From a virus: a stretch of DNA of 64,000 bases. The DNA is taken from the UHGV virus genome UHGV-0148165; one strand, written 5' to 3'. The translations under genes were made by a program, and so were the position numbers. Below, piece after piece: positions 28,417-39,571 of the stretch. The notes beneath the pieces were generated by a model. It saw only the letters and a list, made by a program, of their open reading frames with translations. It ran no database searches and was not told the origin of the DNA. Position 1 is the first letter of the stretch, and each line of letters starts with the position of its first letter.

Positions 28417-31400
28417 TTAGAATTTAAAATATTTACTAATTTTGCGAGCAATTTTAGTGAAGAAAGGCGTTTTTAATTCTTTAATTTCTTCACTCATTTC
28501 CTGAATGGCCTTAATTAAAAGAGCATTCACAGCGGAGTTAGAAATTGTCAGAACTTCGTCTGGTTTATCAAGATTGCCAATTTTCGAAATATTAATCGCT
28601 TCTGGTAATATTTCTTGTAAATCCTGTGCGATAATGCCGATCTCATGACCGATAATTTCACGGTCCTTAAGAGATTTAACTTTATCGTAAGTTTTCACTT
28701 TCAGTTTACCAATCAAACTTAACGCATTTCCGGTATAATCTTCTATATTGTCTTTAAGGCGACGGTCTGATCGAATATAAACATCGTTAAAGTTTCCGTT
28801 GCCACTGGCATCAAAGCTCCCATTTGCATGGAATTGATAATCAGCAGCCTGAACATGAAGAATCGCTGTCGCAGTATTATTACTATCACCGGGACAATGA
28901 ACGTCCAGAGCAGCGATGAAGTTACGCCCCCAATCAACCGCTTTCCAAATAGCATGAGCACTATTAACGCTTTGTTGACAGTCAAGCAACAAACCAGCAG
29001 GGCGATCTCTCCAATTCACATAAGCACCACCAGAAACTTCACCGCGAATAAGCCCTTGATCTCCGGCATAAGGAACACGCTCTCCCACTTTAATCATTGC
29101 ACCCTGGAAGTGATGACTAAATGAACCCCCATGATTATTTCGTATATGTAAAATACTATCATCGGTCGCCCAAATAACAGCCTTTTCTGTATCGCTGCTA
29201 TCTCTAAACCAGATATGGCGAGCACCAGTAGAGGTTTTGATAGTAATCCCGGAAGGTCCATGCGCAGTAAAATCGCCAGCAACATCAAACATCAAACTGT
29301 TATCTGTCCTGCGTTCCGTATAGAAGTGATAACCTTTGGAATCACCGACTTCCATCACTGCCGGGCGACCAACTTCTGAATTTCCCCAATTATTAATAGA
29401 GAATCGTTCAGAGCTATTATTCATCTGATTTAGGTATAATGTACCATCAGTGAATGTTTCGCCAAAGAAACGAGTTTTAATTGCACCTGTCGCTAAAGTA
29501 CGTTCAGTGGAAAAATGGGCGCCTTGACTATCTTCTAACTGGATGATGTTATCACGAGCGTTATTGCTATCACCCCAATGGTTAAATTTAAAATAATCTC
29601 GTGATCCTAAACGTCCGGCGTCAAAAGTCATCGTGCCTTTCATGTTAATATCACCACCAAAAAATGCGGTGAGAGAATCACGTTTTAATTTTAAAACGTT
29701 AGCACCACTAGCACCACCTAAAGTAACATCACCAGTTCTTAATTCATAACGGAAAGGTCTATTTGTATTAAAGTTTCCATCTTGATCATCTTCGTCGGTG
29801 GAAAGAATATAAAGACTCTCTCCATCATTACGTAAAAATGTACCAAATTTTCCGCCATACATACGGAATGCATTCAACGAGCGGAATTTAACTTCTGTTT
29901 TAAATGTGGTAGTGTTATTAACTTTAACAGTAGAGTTAAAGTTAACTGCGCCATTAAAATCTTGTTTAGCAGTCCAAGTATGTGATCCGTCTTCAAGAAC
30001 AACGCGTCGAACTGTACATGTTCTACTCCCTGGATTACCGAATACACGAACGACAAAATAACGATAGTTTGTCTGGGATACAGTTCCACGCCAAACCTGA
30101 ACAGTACGTCCTGTGCTGGTGTGCTCGCTAGGACCAACAGAAAACATAATTAAGTTTCCGTCAATCGTACCCCAATCCATATTAGCTGGCATGTTCTTTA
30201 TTTTGTTCAAAGGAACGCTAAACATACTACCAGGAACAAAATCAAATGCTTGCCAGTCTAACTCTGCTAAGTTAGATTTAATACCACCCATACCCAAAGT
30301 AATTGGAAGAGAGTAAGATGTATATACTTCGTTCCATGTACCCCAAACACCGCCGGTGTATGCGCGCTCAAAAATACGATCGCGGGTAGTTGCACCTGTT
30401 CCGGCAGTAGTAAATTTTTGGAAAATAGCACCACCAGAAGCACGCTGTTTAACTTCCAGCAAACCAACAATAACGGCTGGTAAACCTTCGCCTGTAGGAC
30501 AATTAATAACGGCATCAGTGCCTAAAATATTATATAACCCAGGAGTTTTAAAATCATTCAGATCTCCGTCATAGAAAGTCGCTGGTGTGACATTACCGAC
30601 TTGTTGCCACGGTCCCCATTTAGGCGCAGAAGCATCCCACGCAGCAGTAAGACAGCGAGTATAAACAACACCAAATCTGGTCGTATATCTCTGTGTGCGA
30701 GAATAGTTTCCACCTTCAAATATTTCTAAAAATCCTTGTGCGGCTGATCCTTTTTCTGGATAATGGCGATCAAATGATGCGATTGCGCTTGAACTGTTTC
30801 GCCATAAGCCACAATGTTCTAATTCTCCCAAGCTATCAAGGTCAATCGTTTGTGAAAGTGGACGAGTTGACGCTTGAACATTACGCCACACACCCCATGG
30901 ACCATCGACGCCATTCCATTTAGCAGATAAGGAACGAATATAGACGTTACCAGATCTTACAGTATAACGCTGAGTGCCAGCAAATTGGCCGGCCACAAAC
31001 ACTTCTAGTACACCTACGGCATTTTCTTCTGGGAATTTATTTGCTGGTTGCGCATTTGTTGAAGTAGATTTCGACCAAACACCAAGATATTCTTCAACAG
31101 GCCCATACGTATCTAAATTAGCATCAGTAGGTAATTCGCCATTATTTTTTATAAATGTTGTGCTATTGACATTTATGTCAGATGGAGTTAGCGTGATATC
31201 TTTTGACCCATCAAAAGATATACCATTAATTTTCCTAGGTGTTTGCAATTTAGTAGCTGTGCTAGAATTTCCAATTAAAGTTCCAGTTATATTTTCTGTA
31301 ACCTCTAAAGACCCATTTATAGTTCCTCCATATTTTAAACCTAATTCTATAACACTACCTGAGTCATCTTTTGTGAAAATTGTTTTATCTTTTAAGTTTA

Positions 31401-31491
31401 TAGCCAATTCACCTTCGGCTAATACTGAAGCAGCAGGACGTTGACCTGCAGTTTTGCTTCTTTTAAATTGTATTTGTTTTAAAGTAGCCAT
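28417..31491 (-). CDS. 37: long tail fibre distal subunit gp37
   Basis: 1024 aa; C-terminal about 117 aa begins SDRRLKDNI, resembling an intramolecular chaperone domain. Confidence 0.9.
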   Translation of the reverse strand: MATLKQIQFKRSKTAGQRPAASVLAEGELAINLKDKTIFTKDDSGSVIELGLKYGGTINGSLEVTENITGTLIGNSSTATKLQTPRKINGISFDGSKDITLTPSDINVNSTTFIKNNGELPTDANLDTYGPVEEYLGVWSKSTSTNAQPANKFPEENAVGVLEVFVAGQFAGTQRYTVRSGNVYIRSLSAKWNGVDGPWGVWRNVQASTRPLSQTIDLDSLGELEHCGLWRNSSSAIASFDRHYPEKGSAAQGFLEIFEGGNYSRTQRYTTRFGVVYTRCLTAAWDASAPKWGPWQQVGNVTPATFYDGDLNDFKTPGLYNILGTDAVINCPTGEGLPAVIVGLLEVKQRASGGAIFQKFTTAGTGATTRDRIFERAYTGGVWGTWNEVYTSYSLPITLGMGGIKSNLAELDWQAFDFVPGSMFSVPLNKIKNMPANMDWGTIDGNLIMFSVGPSEHTSTGRTVQVWRGTVSQTNYRYFVVRVFGNPGSRTCTVRRVVLEDGSHTWTAKQDFNGAVNFNSTVKVNNTTTFKTEVKFRSLNAFRMYGGKFGTFLRNDGESLYILSTDEDDQDGNFNTNRPFRYELRTGDVTLGGASGANVLKLKRDSLTAFFGGDINMKGTMTFDAGRLGSRDYFKFNHWGDSNNARDNIIQLEDSQGAHFSTERTLATGAIKTRFFGETFTDGTLYLNQMNNSSERFSINNWGNSEVGRPAVMEVGDSKGYHFYTERRTDNSLMFDVAGDFTAHGPSGITIKTSTGARHIWFRDSSDTEKAVIWATDDSILHIRNNHGGSFSHHFQGAMIKVGERVPYAGDQGLIRGEVSGGAYVNWRDRPAGLLLDCQQSVNSAHAIWKAVDWGRNFIAALDVHCPGDSNNTATAILHVQAADYQFHANGSFDASGNGNFNDVYIRSDRRLKDNIEDYTGNALSLIGKLKVKTYDKVKSLKDREIIGHEIGIIAQDLQEILPEAINISKIGNLDKPDEVLTISNSAVNALLIKAIQEMSEEIKELKTPFFTKIARKISKYFKF

Positions 31492-31499
31492 AAGTCCTC

Positions 31500-32150
31500 T
31501 TAATAATAGCCGAAATCTTGAACAGAATCCTTAATTACGATTTGGTCAAATCGTGGAACGTGTGAAGGTTGAGATGCAGGATTCTGTGAAAAAAGGTTTG
31601 GCGCAGTTAAATTTCCTGTCATAGTGTCTCCAGAGCGTAATACCCTAGAGTTTGCATTTGCTGTAACAGTATTTATTGCTCCATCAACATAATCTTTACG
31701 AGTAGCATCTGATGCTGCGGAAGGAGTAGATGTAACAGTTACAGATGGAGCCGTTACAGCTTTGGTAAATGTTGTCAAACCTTCTGGCGTAATAGTAATT
31801 TGTCCAGTAGTGATTTCACTACCTGCTGGTCTAAAACTAATACCGCCAGAAGAGCCACCAACTACAAGAGTATTACCAGTGCCGCCACCAGAACGAATTC
31901 GGATGGGGGTTTCATTATTACTTAATTGAAGATAACTATTTACACCATAATTAATAGTAACTGGGCCTGTGTAAGTACCACCAGTAGATTTAGAAACGAA
32001 ATCATTATCAGCTGCCTGTGGTTTATTATATTCTGAATATATTTTAAATGATTTGTAGAGTACATCGTCACCGGCTGAATTCAACGGAAAATTTCCTTGA
32101 TGCCAAATGACAGATCCACCTACAGTTGAACCTACTTTTAAATCAGCCAT
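31500..32150 (-). CDS. 36: long tail fibre subunit gp36
   Basis: 216 aa; position between 35 and 37; late promoter upstream. Confidence 0.85.
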   Translation of the reverse strand: MADLKVGSTVGGSVIWHQGNFPLNSAGDDVLYKSFKIYSEYNKPQAADNDFVSKSTGGTYTGPVTINYGVNSYLQLSNNETPIRIRSGGGTGNTLVVGGSSGGISFRPAGSEITTGQITITPEGLTTFTKAVTAPSVTVTSTPSAASDATRKDYVDGAINTVTANANSRVLRSGDTMTGNLTAPNLFSQNPASQPSHVPRFDQIVIKDSVQDFGYY

Positions 32151-32173
32151 TGTATGCCCCTTTATTTTAATAT

Positions 32174-32181
32174 TATTTATA
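32174..32181 (-). promoter_or_regulatory. late promoter TATAAATA for gene 36
   Basis: TATAAATA on the - strand 24 nt upstream of gene 36 ATG. Confidence 0.65.
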
Positions 32182-32184
32182 AAG

Positions 32185-32208
32185 AAAAAAGGAACCCGAA
32201 GGCTCCCT
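32185..32208 (-). terminator. rho-independent terminator after gene 35
   Basis: - strand RNA GGAGCC-UUCG-GGUUCC (one G-U pair) then UUUUUU. Confidence 0.6.
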
Positions 32209-32212
32209 CAGT

Positions 32213-33328
32213 TTAAACTTCTCTAAATTCCTGTCCAAACACTTTACCAGTTTTAGACGATGCCTGTGTAGGAAGTACCATTATATCTGGAGGTGAAGCC
32301 GATTCACAGACATAATTAACGCGAATACCGTTGACGCCAAATTCGGCAGGTTTTGAAATGCCGCCATTTCTTGATACTTCAGAAAAGCTTAAATTTCTCA
32401 TGCCGCCTTGACCTGCTTGGGCAGTTCTTTGTGCATATATCGTAAATCCTACTGCATTTTCAGGAACAACTACATAATCTTCTTTTAATTCCCAAGACCC
32501 AGCTTGCCCAGTAAACTCAGCTTGGGTCGAGGAAATATATCCATTTGATGCATCATAAAAACGAATAGATATATTTGCAGTTCCAAGATCAAGTAAATCA
32601 GCATCAGCATATAGTTGTGCTTTAAGATAAAGAACATCACCAGGAATTAAATTGTAGTCAGAAAGTTTACTTATAGCAGCTGAAGTTGGTAAACGCGCAA
32701 TTTCATTATTAGTTCCACCAACCGCAGACATAAATTGCTCAACGCTTTCGTATGTTCTTTTAGGAAATCCTGTAGCTCCGACGTCTTCTAAACTATCAAA
32801 TACAACATCTAACATAGTTTGATAGTCATCTGTGCTTTTTCTATTACTTAGTTTAACATGCTCTAATGCGATAGCTCTTTTAGAAGAAGTGTAAAAAGCA
32901 GCATATGACACGTCAAATCTTGACAATACTGAATCTGATGGAAAAACTGAAGTTCCTGCTCCCCTTAACCAAGATACCACTTCAGGAGGAAAATTAACCT
33001 TTCCGCTAGTTAATATAGCAACAAGTCTATTGTTTGACAAAGAATTCATGAAACTGACAAAAGTGGTAGATGTTGTATTGTTTGAAGCAGAAAAAGCATA
33101 TGACTTACTATCAACTAATGCTCCCGTAGAAGGGTCAAAAACTCTTAAATGAAGACCTGCACTAAATGTTTGATTTCCAACGGGATTATCCTGAAATTTA
33201 ACATATGGTCCCGCAGTAGAAAGCGGGCAAGAACCCGCTATGCTTATTTTATATCTTACTGAATTGCTTTCCGATAAAAATGGCGTTTGGACATATCCTT
33301 GTCCAAACTCTGCCATAAATTTTTCCAT
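32213..33328 (-). CDS. 35: long tail fibre hinge protein gp35
   Basis: 371 aa; AAGAGG SD; between 34 and 36. Confidence 0.85.
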   Translation of the reverse strand: MEKFMAEFGQGYVQTPFLSESNSVRYKISIAGSCPLSTAGPYVKFQDNPVGNQTFSAGLHLRVFDPSTGALVDSKSYAFSASNNTTSTTFVSFMNSLSNNRLVAILTSGKVNFPPEVVSWLRGAGTSVFPSDSVLSRFDVSYAAFYTSSKRAIALEHVKLSNRKSTDDYQTMLDVVFDSLEDVGATGFPKRTYESVEQFMSAVGGTNNEIARLPTSAAISKLSDYNLIPGDVLYLKAQLYADADLLDLGTANISIRFYDASNGYISSTQAEFTGQAGSWELKEDYVVVPENAVGFTIYAQRTAQAGQGGMRNLSFSEVSRNGGISKPAEFGVNGIRVNYVCESASPPDIMVLPTQASSKTGKVFGQEFREV

Positions 33329-33336
33329 AATACCTC

Positions 33337-36300
33337 TTATTCAACCCATTCAAATTTAACAGTTTTATTCACTGGGTCAGGAATAATGCGAACATTACCA
33401 ATTCGTAAGAAATCACGAATAGTAAGATTACCTATTATTCCATTATCAGATGGGATTGCTCCTATATCCGAAGGTTGAGGAGGATTACCTCCATCGAATA
33501 CCTGAACAAAACTTGACCAAGAGTTTTTGGTTTTCTGCCATGTACGTGTCCAGCGAGTGGTACGTGCTTCTGGGGTCGTTGGATAAGTAATCCAATCTTG
33601 GTAAAGTGAATCAAGTGTGTTACCAAACTGAGTCAATGTACCAGGAGATTTAACTTCTTCACCGCGTTCTAAATATGGAAGTCCAGTCACTTCATTAGTT
33701 TTTTCAACCATTTTAAAATAACCCGGGAACTGGTTATAAGTGGCTGAATCATTAATATCGATTGACCAGAATCCTACAGTATCAGATGTTGGCGCACGGG
33801 TATATAAATCAGATGTTTTAACACCTTGAGAACGAATTCTCGAGTTAACAGTTAAACCGCCTGAACTTATAGTAGCACCTTTTGCAATGATTAAGCTTTC
33901 ACCAATCGTTACTTGGCCAGATGCATTATTAATAGATAAAGGACGTAATCCATTAAATCCGCCAGTTTGATCACCCGATGCAGTAAGCATAAAATTCGTT
34001 ACTGACCCATCATTGCGAACAATGAAACCATAATTTCCGTTAATAGCACGGAAAGCATTTGCGCTTCGAGAAATAATTTCACCAGTTGCAGTGACTGAAT
34101 TACCAAATGTTGCTACACCATTTGCATTCAATGTTCCTGAAGCATTAACATTTATCGGTGTTACTGTACCGTTGATATTAAATGTTATATTTCCAGCTTT
34201 ATTACGCTGAGAATAAAAATGACTAGACGTTTCATCACTAACTTCAAATACGGTAGAACGTGTTGTGTCTGATTCCCCACTAAATTGATTTCCCCACACT
34301 CTGACTGTCATCGTTTGAGCCGGGTTTGTTCCAGTTTGAGGTCCTTTCTCAAAAATCAATCGAGTTGCCGTTCCAGTATTAGAAATAGTTAATGTACTAT
34401 TTGCTGAAACTGACCCACCAAACGTAGCTGTACTAGATGATACAAGAGGGGCACTCAGATTCGTTTGTTGGGTTAAGGTTAGTGAACCATTAACTGTTTG
34501 TGCAATGTCCCTACGAATGAACTGGAGCGAATCTAGACCATCTAATAAATTACTATCTACAGCTTTTGCTTTTAATGGCAAATAATTTGCTAATACGCGA
34601 TTTAATTCATATGGTGATACTGCATAGCTATTTTTCTCGTATAATTCTAATGACTGTGTTGAACCTACCGTATCATTACCAACGAATGTAATTGAACCAG
34701 ATGAAGTTTTAACAAAACCTCTTACCAGGGTAGTAGCTGCCCAAGTAGGTTCACTCTGCACAATCCATTTTAAATTTTTTGGAGATACAGCAGTATTTGC
34801 TGACGTTCCAGTCACAGTTTCAGACTGAGTTGCAACTTTAATAACACCTTCCTGTGCTTCAGTAGATTTAGTACCTAAAAGCTTTTTAGGAGTTATTAAA
34901 ACATTATCTAATGTTCCTGCAGCAGCTTCAACTTGTGTAGCTACACGAAGTGTACCACGCTGTGTCTCATTTGCTTCAAGAATATTAAGTGTATAATGGT
35001 CCCAGAGAGTTCCTGATTCAACTAATCCAGATAGAGCAACAACAGAAGTACGATCAGTACTATTAAATCTAGTTTTAATTTTTAATGGTGTAGAGATGCG
35101 AGTATCGTCGACGCCTGCGTCGAATTCAACTTGCGTAGCAATTTCAGCTATACCACTTAAACTTTCAGTTGCTCTACGGTCATTTAAAGTTTTAGGAGTG
35201 ACTGCACGAGTATAGTCAGTTCCTGTGTTAACTTCACTTTGCGTAGCAATTTCAATTAAACCAATTCTTCCATCAGTTGATGTCTTTTTATGTAACGTTT
35301 CTGGCGTTACAACAGCATTTGCCCATCCTTCCTGACTTTGTCCAGCAATTACTTCACTTTCAACTGCTAAAATTACTGCGCCTTGTTGCGTTGGAGTAGC
35401 TTTATACTGATCCAAAGCTTTAGGTGAAACAACTAAATTATTAGTGTTTTTATTATAAACATTCGTACCATTTAATTCACGGCTAGAAGCTGGAGTAGCT
35501 CCTGCAGTAGATACATAAGTTACAATACCAGATAATGATTCAGAACCTTGGCGAGCTTGAAGCTTTTTAGGAGTGATGATTGTAGTATCATCAGTACCTG
35601 TATTAGTTTCCTGCTGCGTAGCAATTTCAGCGACACCTCTACGAGTTTCTGTAGCAGTTCTTTCATTCAGCTTTTTAGGAGTGATGATAAGGTCATCTGC
35701 AAAAGAGAATGTGGTGTTCTGATTCACTTGAGCAGTAGTTGCTATTCTTGCAATACCTCTGCGAGTTTCTGTAGCAGTACGATTAGCTAACGTTTCTGGA
35801 GTAATTGCTAATTCTTTTTGTGGAGAATTTTCTAAATCAGCATTTGCTTGAGCTTGCGTAGCTAAAGCAATTACGCCTAATCTTGCTCTAGTAGAAGCAT
35901 TTAAAGAGTCTACTCTTTCTACAGTTGGAACGTTTTGCTGTACAACCCAGTATTTTCCATCAGAATCTTCTATATAAGCAAGTTGTAAAACTGGAACATA
36001 ATTAGTTTCACCGTTAAAAACTAATTCTTGAACTGTTACCCATTCAGCTTCAGGCGGATATTCTGAACGTTTTGGGAATTGCAGCAATTGAACTGAGGAA
36101 GCAATTTTATCTTCACCTGCAGCTTTGATTTTAACTGTTTGTCCTTTTCTCATGTAATTCATGGAAATTTTGACAGTATCACCAACAGAAATATCAGTCG
36201 GAAGCTGAAGTTCAATTGTCTGGGTTGTTCCATTATTCGCGCCAAATACCATGACTTCTTCATTTGGACGAATATTAGAATTAGTTGTTATAATGCGTAA

Positions 36301-37206
36301 ACGTGCTTTACTATCCCCGTCAAACAATCTCCACAATTTCTCATTATCATCAAACATCAAGAAACCGTCAATCGATGTACGGCCTTCAATGGAATGAGTT
36401 CCAACTTCTTGCACTGACGTTGTTTCATCATATGTCGTAACAATTGTATGATAAAGTGGATTTAATTTATCTAAATCAACGAAATTAATGATATCTCCAT
36501 GATTGGCAAATCTTGGAAGCTTAACATTAATCGGCGCGGCAGAAGTAAATCTACGTACGATAAAATCATTAGATTGTGCTTGATATGCAGTCGATGGAGT
36601 AACAATCGCAGCTTCTCTGCTATAATCAGCAATATACATTTGCCACAAACGATTATTAAAAATGAATACCATCTGTGACTTTGGATGAGTCATTAAAACT
36701 GAACGTACCTGTTCACCTCTAAAATTGACAATACTCTGATTTGAAGAATTTATTTTAACCTGATTTATGCCAGGTTTTCCACCGATATCTTGAATTATTA
36801 CGGTTTCTCCATCAAGCGGAGAAGGTGGTAAAGTAAACTCAATGTCATTGCCAACTGATGTATCTACTGAAATTGCTTCTCCGGATTTTAATTGATACGG
36901 TCCAGATGATACGGTTGTATATACAGCATCAGTACGTAATGCTTTCCAACGAATTCTATTAAAACTTCCAGCAGGTTTTGGAATATTATCCGTTGCTGCC
37001 CAAAAACGATTATTATAAATGATTACAAAATCTTTTAAATATCCACGAGTTGGATCATATTGCTGAACTGTGTTTTCTTGAATTAAGTAATCAACGTTAA
37101 CACCGTCAGTTCCTACGGTACGATCAGCTAAAGCTACGTTGATTATTTTATCGCCACCTGCGTCCAGACCATCTTCTGCTCTGAACTTTCTTTTAATCTC
37201 GGCCAT
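33337..37206 (-). CDS. 34: long tail fibre proximal subunit gp34
   Basis: 1289 aa, same as T4 gp34; repetitive beta-rich sequence. Confidence 0.9.
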   Translation of the reverse strand: MAEIKRKFRAEDGLDAGGDKIINVALADRTVGTDGVNVDYLIQENTVQQYDPTRGYLKDFVIIYNNRFWAATDNIPKPAGSFNRIRWKALRTDAVYTTVSSGPYQLKSGEAISVDTSVGNDIEFTLPPSPLDGETVIIQDIGGKPGINQVKINSSNQSIVNFRGEQVRSVLMTHPKSQMVFIFNNRLWQMYIADYSREAAIVTPSTAYQAQSNDFIVRRFTSAAPINVKLPRFANHGDIINFVDLDKLNPLYHTIVTTYDETTSVQEVGTHSIEGRTSIDGFLMFDDNEKLWRLFDGDSKARLRIITTNSNIRPNEEVMVFGANNGTTQTIELQLPTDISVGDTVKISMNYMRKGQTVKIKAAGEDKIASSVQLLQFPKRSEYPPEAEWVTVQELVFNGETNYVPVLQLAYIEDSDGKYWVVQQNVPTVERVDSLNASTRARLGVIALATQAQANADLENSPQKELAITPETLANRTATETRRGIARIATTAQVNQNTTFSFADDLIITPKKLNERTATETRRGVAEIATQQETNTGTDDTTIITPKKLQARQGSESLSGIVTYVSTAGATPASSRELNGTNVYNKNTNNLVVSPKALDQYKATPTQQGAVILAVESEVIAGQSQEGWANAVVTPETLHKKTSTDGRIGLIEIATQSEVNTGTDYTRAVTPKTLNDRRATESLSGIAEIATQVEFDAGVDDTRISTPLKIKTRFNSTDRTSVVALSGLVESGTLWDHYTLNILEANETQRGTLRVATQVEAAAGTLDNVLITPKKLLGTKSTEAQEGVIKVATQSETVTGTSANTAVSPKNLKWIVQSEPTWAATTLVRGFVKTSSGSITFVGNDTVGSTQSLELYEKNSYAVSPYELNRVLANYLPLKAKAVDSNLLDGLDSLQFIRRDIAQTVNGSLTLTQQTNLSAPLVSSSTATFGGSVSANSTLTISNTGTATRLIFEKGPQTGTNPAQTMTVRVWGNQFSGESDTTRSTVFEVSDETSSHFYSQRNKAGNITFNINGTVTPINVNASGTLNANGVATFGNSVTATGEIISRSANAFRAINGNYGFIVRNDGSVTNFMLTASGDQTGGFNGLRPLSINNASGQVTIGESLIIAKGATISSGGLTVNSRIRSQGVKTSDLYTRAPTSDTVGFWSIDINDSATYNQFPGYFKMVEKTNEVTGLPYLERGEEVKSPGTLTQFGNTLDSLYQDWITYPTTPEARTTRWTRTWQKTKNSWSSFVQVFDGGNPPQPSDIGAIPSDNGIIGNLTIRDFLRIGNVRIIPDPVNKTVKFEWVE

Positions 37207-37240
37207 TCTCCCGGGCTCCTATTGTGTTTTCAATAATAAG

Positions 37241-37248
37241 TATTTATA
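37241..37248 (-). promoter_or_regulatory. late promoter TATAAATA for gene 34
   Basis: TATAAATA on the - strand 35 nt upstream of gene 34 ATG. Confidence 0.65.
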
Positions 37249-37251
37249 CCT

Positions 37252-37280
37252 GTTTACTTTAAGATTTAGATAGTATATAA
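37252..37280 (+). promoter_or_regulatory. T4-type early promoter for rnh (divergent from gene 34 late promoter)
   Basis: GTTTAC then spacer then TATATAAT. Confidence 0.55.
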
Positions 37281-37310
37281 TAGAAATCTCACTAATTGAA
37301 CGAGGTTCAT

Positions 37311-38228
37311 ATGGATTTAGAAATGATGCTGGATGAAGATTACAAAGAAGGAATTTGCTTAATTGACTTTAGTCAGATTGCGCTTTCAACTGCTCTGGTA
37401 AACTTCCCAGATAAAGAAAAAATTAATTTATCAATGGTTCGTCATTTGATATTGAACTCAATTAAGTTTAATGTCAAAAAAGCAAAAACGCTTGGATACA
37501 CTAAAATTGTGCTGTGTATTGATAACGCGAAATCTGGATACTGGCGTCGTGATTTTGCTTATTATTATAAGAAAAACCGTGGAAAAGCACGAGAAGAATC
37601 TACTTGGGACTGGGAAGGTTATTTTGAATCCAGCCATAAAGTTATAGATGAATTGAAAGCTTATATGCCATACATTGTTATGGATATTGATAAGTATGAA
37701 GCAGATGACCACATTGCTGTTCTTGTTAAAAAGTTCTCTTTAGAAGGACATAAGATTTTAATCATTTCATCGGATGGTGACTTTACACAGCTTCACAAAT
37801 ATCCAAATGTTAAGCAATGGTCACCGATGCATAAGAAATGGGTTAAAATTAAAAGCGGTTCTGCTGAAATTGACTGTATGACTAAAATCCTTAAAGGCGA
37901 CAAAAAGGATAACGTTGCTTCAGTTAAAGTACGATCTGACTTTTGGTTTACCAAAGTTGAAGGTGAACGGACTCCTTCAATGAAAACTTCAATCGTTGAA
38001 GCTATTGCTAATGATCGTGAGCAAGCTAAGGTGCTTCTCACAGAATCTGAATATAATCGTTATAAAGAAAATTTAGTTCTAATTGATTTTGATTATATTC
38101 CTGATAATATTGCTTCAAACATTGTGAATTACTATAATTCATATAAATTACCACCGCGTGGCAAAATTTATTCATATTTTGTAAAAGCGGGTCTTTCTAA
38201 ATTAACTAATAGCATTAATGAATTTTGA
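37311..38228 (+). CDS. rnh: RNase H (5'-3' exonuclease, FEN family)
   Basis: 305 aa from ATG 37311 (track start 37296 is TTG); starts MDLEMMLDEDYKEG. Confidence 0.9.
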   Translation: MDLEMMLDEDYKEGICLIDFSQIALSTALVNFPDKEKINLSMVRHLILNSIKFNVKKAKTLGYTKIVLCIDNAKSGYWRRDFAYYYKKNRGKAREESTWDWEGYFESSHKVIDELKAYMPYIVMDIDKYEADDHIAVLVKKFSLEGHKILIISSDGDFTQLHKYPNVKQWSPMHKKWVKIKSGSAEIDCMTKILKGDKKDNVASVKVRSDFWFTKVEGERTPSMKTSIVEAIANDREQAKVLLTESEYNRYKENLVLIDFDYIPDNIASNIVNYYNSYKLPPRGKIYSYFVKAGLSKLTNSINEF

Positions 38229-38236
38229 GGTGAATA

Positions 38237-38506
38237 ATGGCTAAAAAAGAAATGGTTGAATTTGATGAAGCTATCCATGGCGAAGACTTGGCTAAATTTA
38301 TTAAAGAAGCATCTGACCATAAACTGAAAATTTCCGGTTATAATGAACTGATTAAAGATATTCGAATTCGTGCCAAAGATGAACTTGGCGTTGATGGTAA
38401 GATGTTTAATCGTCTATTAGCTTTGTATCATAAAGATAACCGTGATGTGTTTGAAGCTGAAACTGAAGAGGTAGTTGAACTTTATGACACAGTTTTCTCT
38501 AAATGA
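38237..38506 (+). CDS. dsbA: double-stranded DNA binding protein DsbA (late transcription enhancer)
   Basis: 89 aa; position between rnh and 33. Confidence 0.7.
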   Translation: MAKKEMVEFDEAIHGEDLAKFIKEASDHKLKISGYNELIKDIRIRAKDELGVDGKMFNRLLALYHKDNRDVFEAETEEVVELYDTVFSK

Positions 38507-38822
38507 CATTCGTCCGGTCGATGAGACCGGTCTTTCAGAAAAAGAACTTTCAATTAAGAAAGAAAAGGATGAAATTGCAAAGCTTCTTGACCGCCAAGAA
38601 AATGGATTTATTATTGAAAAAATGGTAGAAGAGTTTGGAATGAGTTATCTTGAAGCTACAACAGCATTCTTAGAAGAAAATTCTATTCCTGAAACTCAAT
38701 TTGCTAAATTTATTCCTTCGGGTATAATTGAAAAAATTCAGTCAGAAGCCATTGACGAAAATCTTTTACGTCCTTCTGTTGTTCGTTGTGAAAAAACTAA
38801 TACATTAGATTTTCTGCTATGA
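38484..38822 (+). CDS. 33: late transcription co-activator gp33
   Basis: 112 aa from ATG 38484; position upstream of 59. Confidence 0.7.
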   Translation: MTQFSLNDIRPVDETGLSEKELSIKKEKDEIAKLLDRQENGFIIEKMVEEFGMSYLEATTAFLEENSIPETQFAKFIPSGIIEKIQSEAIDENLLRPSVVRCEKTNTLDFLL

Positions 38823-39472
38823 TTAAACTCCGCATGCCTGCTGGTGGTGAAAGATACATTGATGGTAAATCAGTTTATAAATTATACTTAATGATAAAAC
38901 AACATATGAATGGAAAGTATGATGTAATTAAGTATAATTGGTGCATGCGGGTGTCTGATGCCGCTTATCAAAAGCGAAGGGATAAGTATTTTTTCCAGAA
39001 GTTATCAGAAAAATATAAATTAAAGGAACTTGCTTTAATCTTTATAAGTAATTTGGTTGCTAACCAAGATGCTTGGATTGGTGACATCTCTGACGCTGAT
39101 GCACTTGTGTTTTATCGTGAATATATCGGACGCTTAAAGCAAATTAAATTTAAGTTTGAAGAAGATATTCGCAACATTTATTATTTTAGTAAAAAAGTTG
39201 AAGTTTCTGCTTTTAAAGAAATCTTTGAGTATAATCCAAAAGTCCAATCAAGTTATATTTTTAAACTACTTCAATCGAATATAATTTCGTTTGAAACGTT
39301 TATCTTGCTTGATTCGTTTTTAAATATAATTGATAAACATGATGAACAGACTGATAATTTAGTCTGGAATAATTATTCTATAAAGTTAAAGGCTTATAGA
39401 AAAATTTTAAATATTGATTCACAGAAAGCTAAAAATGTTTTCATTGAAACTGTGAAATCTTGCAAGTATTAA
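38819..39472 (+). CDS. 59: helicase loader gp59
   Basis: 217 aa, same as T4 gp59; directly upstream of gene 32. Confidence 0.85.
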   Translation: MIKLRMPAGGERYIDGKSVYKLYLMIKQHMNGKYDVIKYNWCMRVSDAAYQKRRDKYFFQKLSEKYKLKELALIFISNLVANQDAWIGDISDADALVFYREYIGRLKQIKFKFEEDIRNIYYFSKKVEVSAFKEIFEYNPKVQSSYIFKLLQSNIISFETFILLDSFLNIIDKHDEQTDNLVWNNYSIKLKAYRKILNIDSQKAKNVFIETVKSCKY

Positions 39473-39571
39473 TTGCTTATTATAAATAGATTATAATTAT
39501 CTCACTGACCAGCTATGAGGTCATACATCGTCATAGCACCAACTGTTAATTAAATTAAAAAGGAAATAAAA

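Noticed and set aside
28828-31444. Several 60-160 aa ORFs antisense to gene 37 (for example 28828-29124 and 30974-31444), and similar ones inside genes 34 and 38 (35548-35790, 27677-27919)
   Set aside because: They lie wholly inside long, well-supported tail-fibre genes on the other strand, have no SD or promoter, and are the expected by-product of stop-poor antisense frames in these more GC-rich genes
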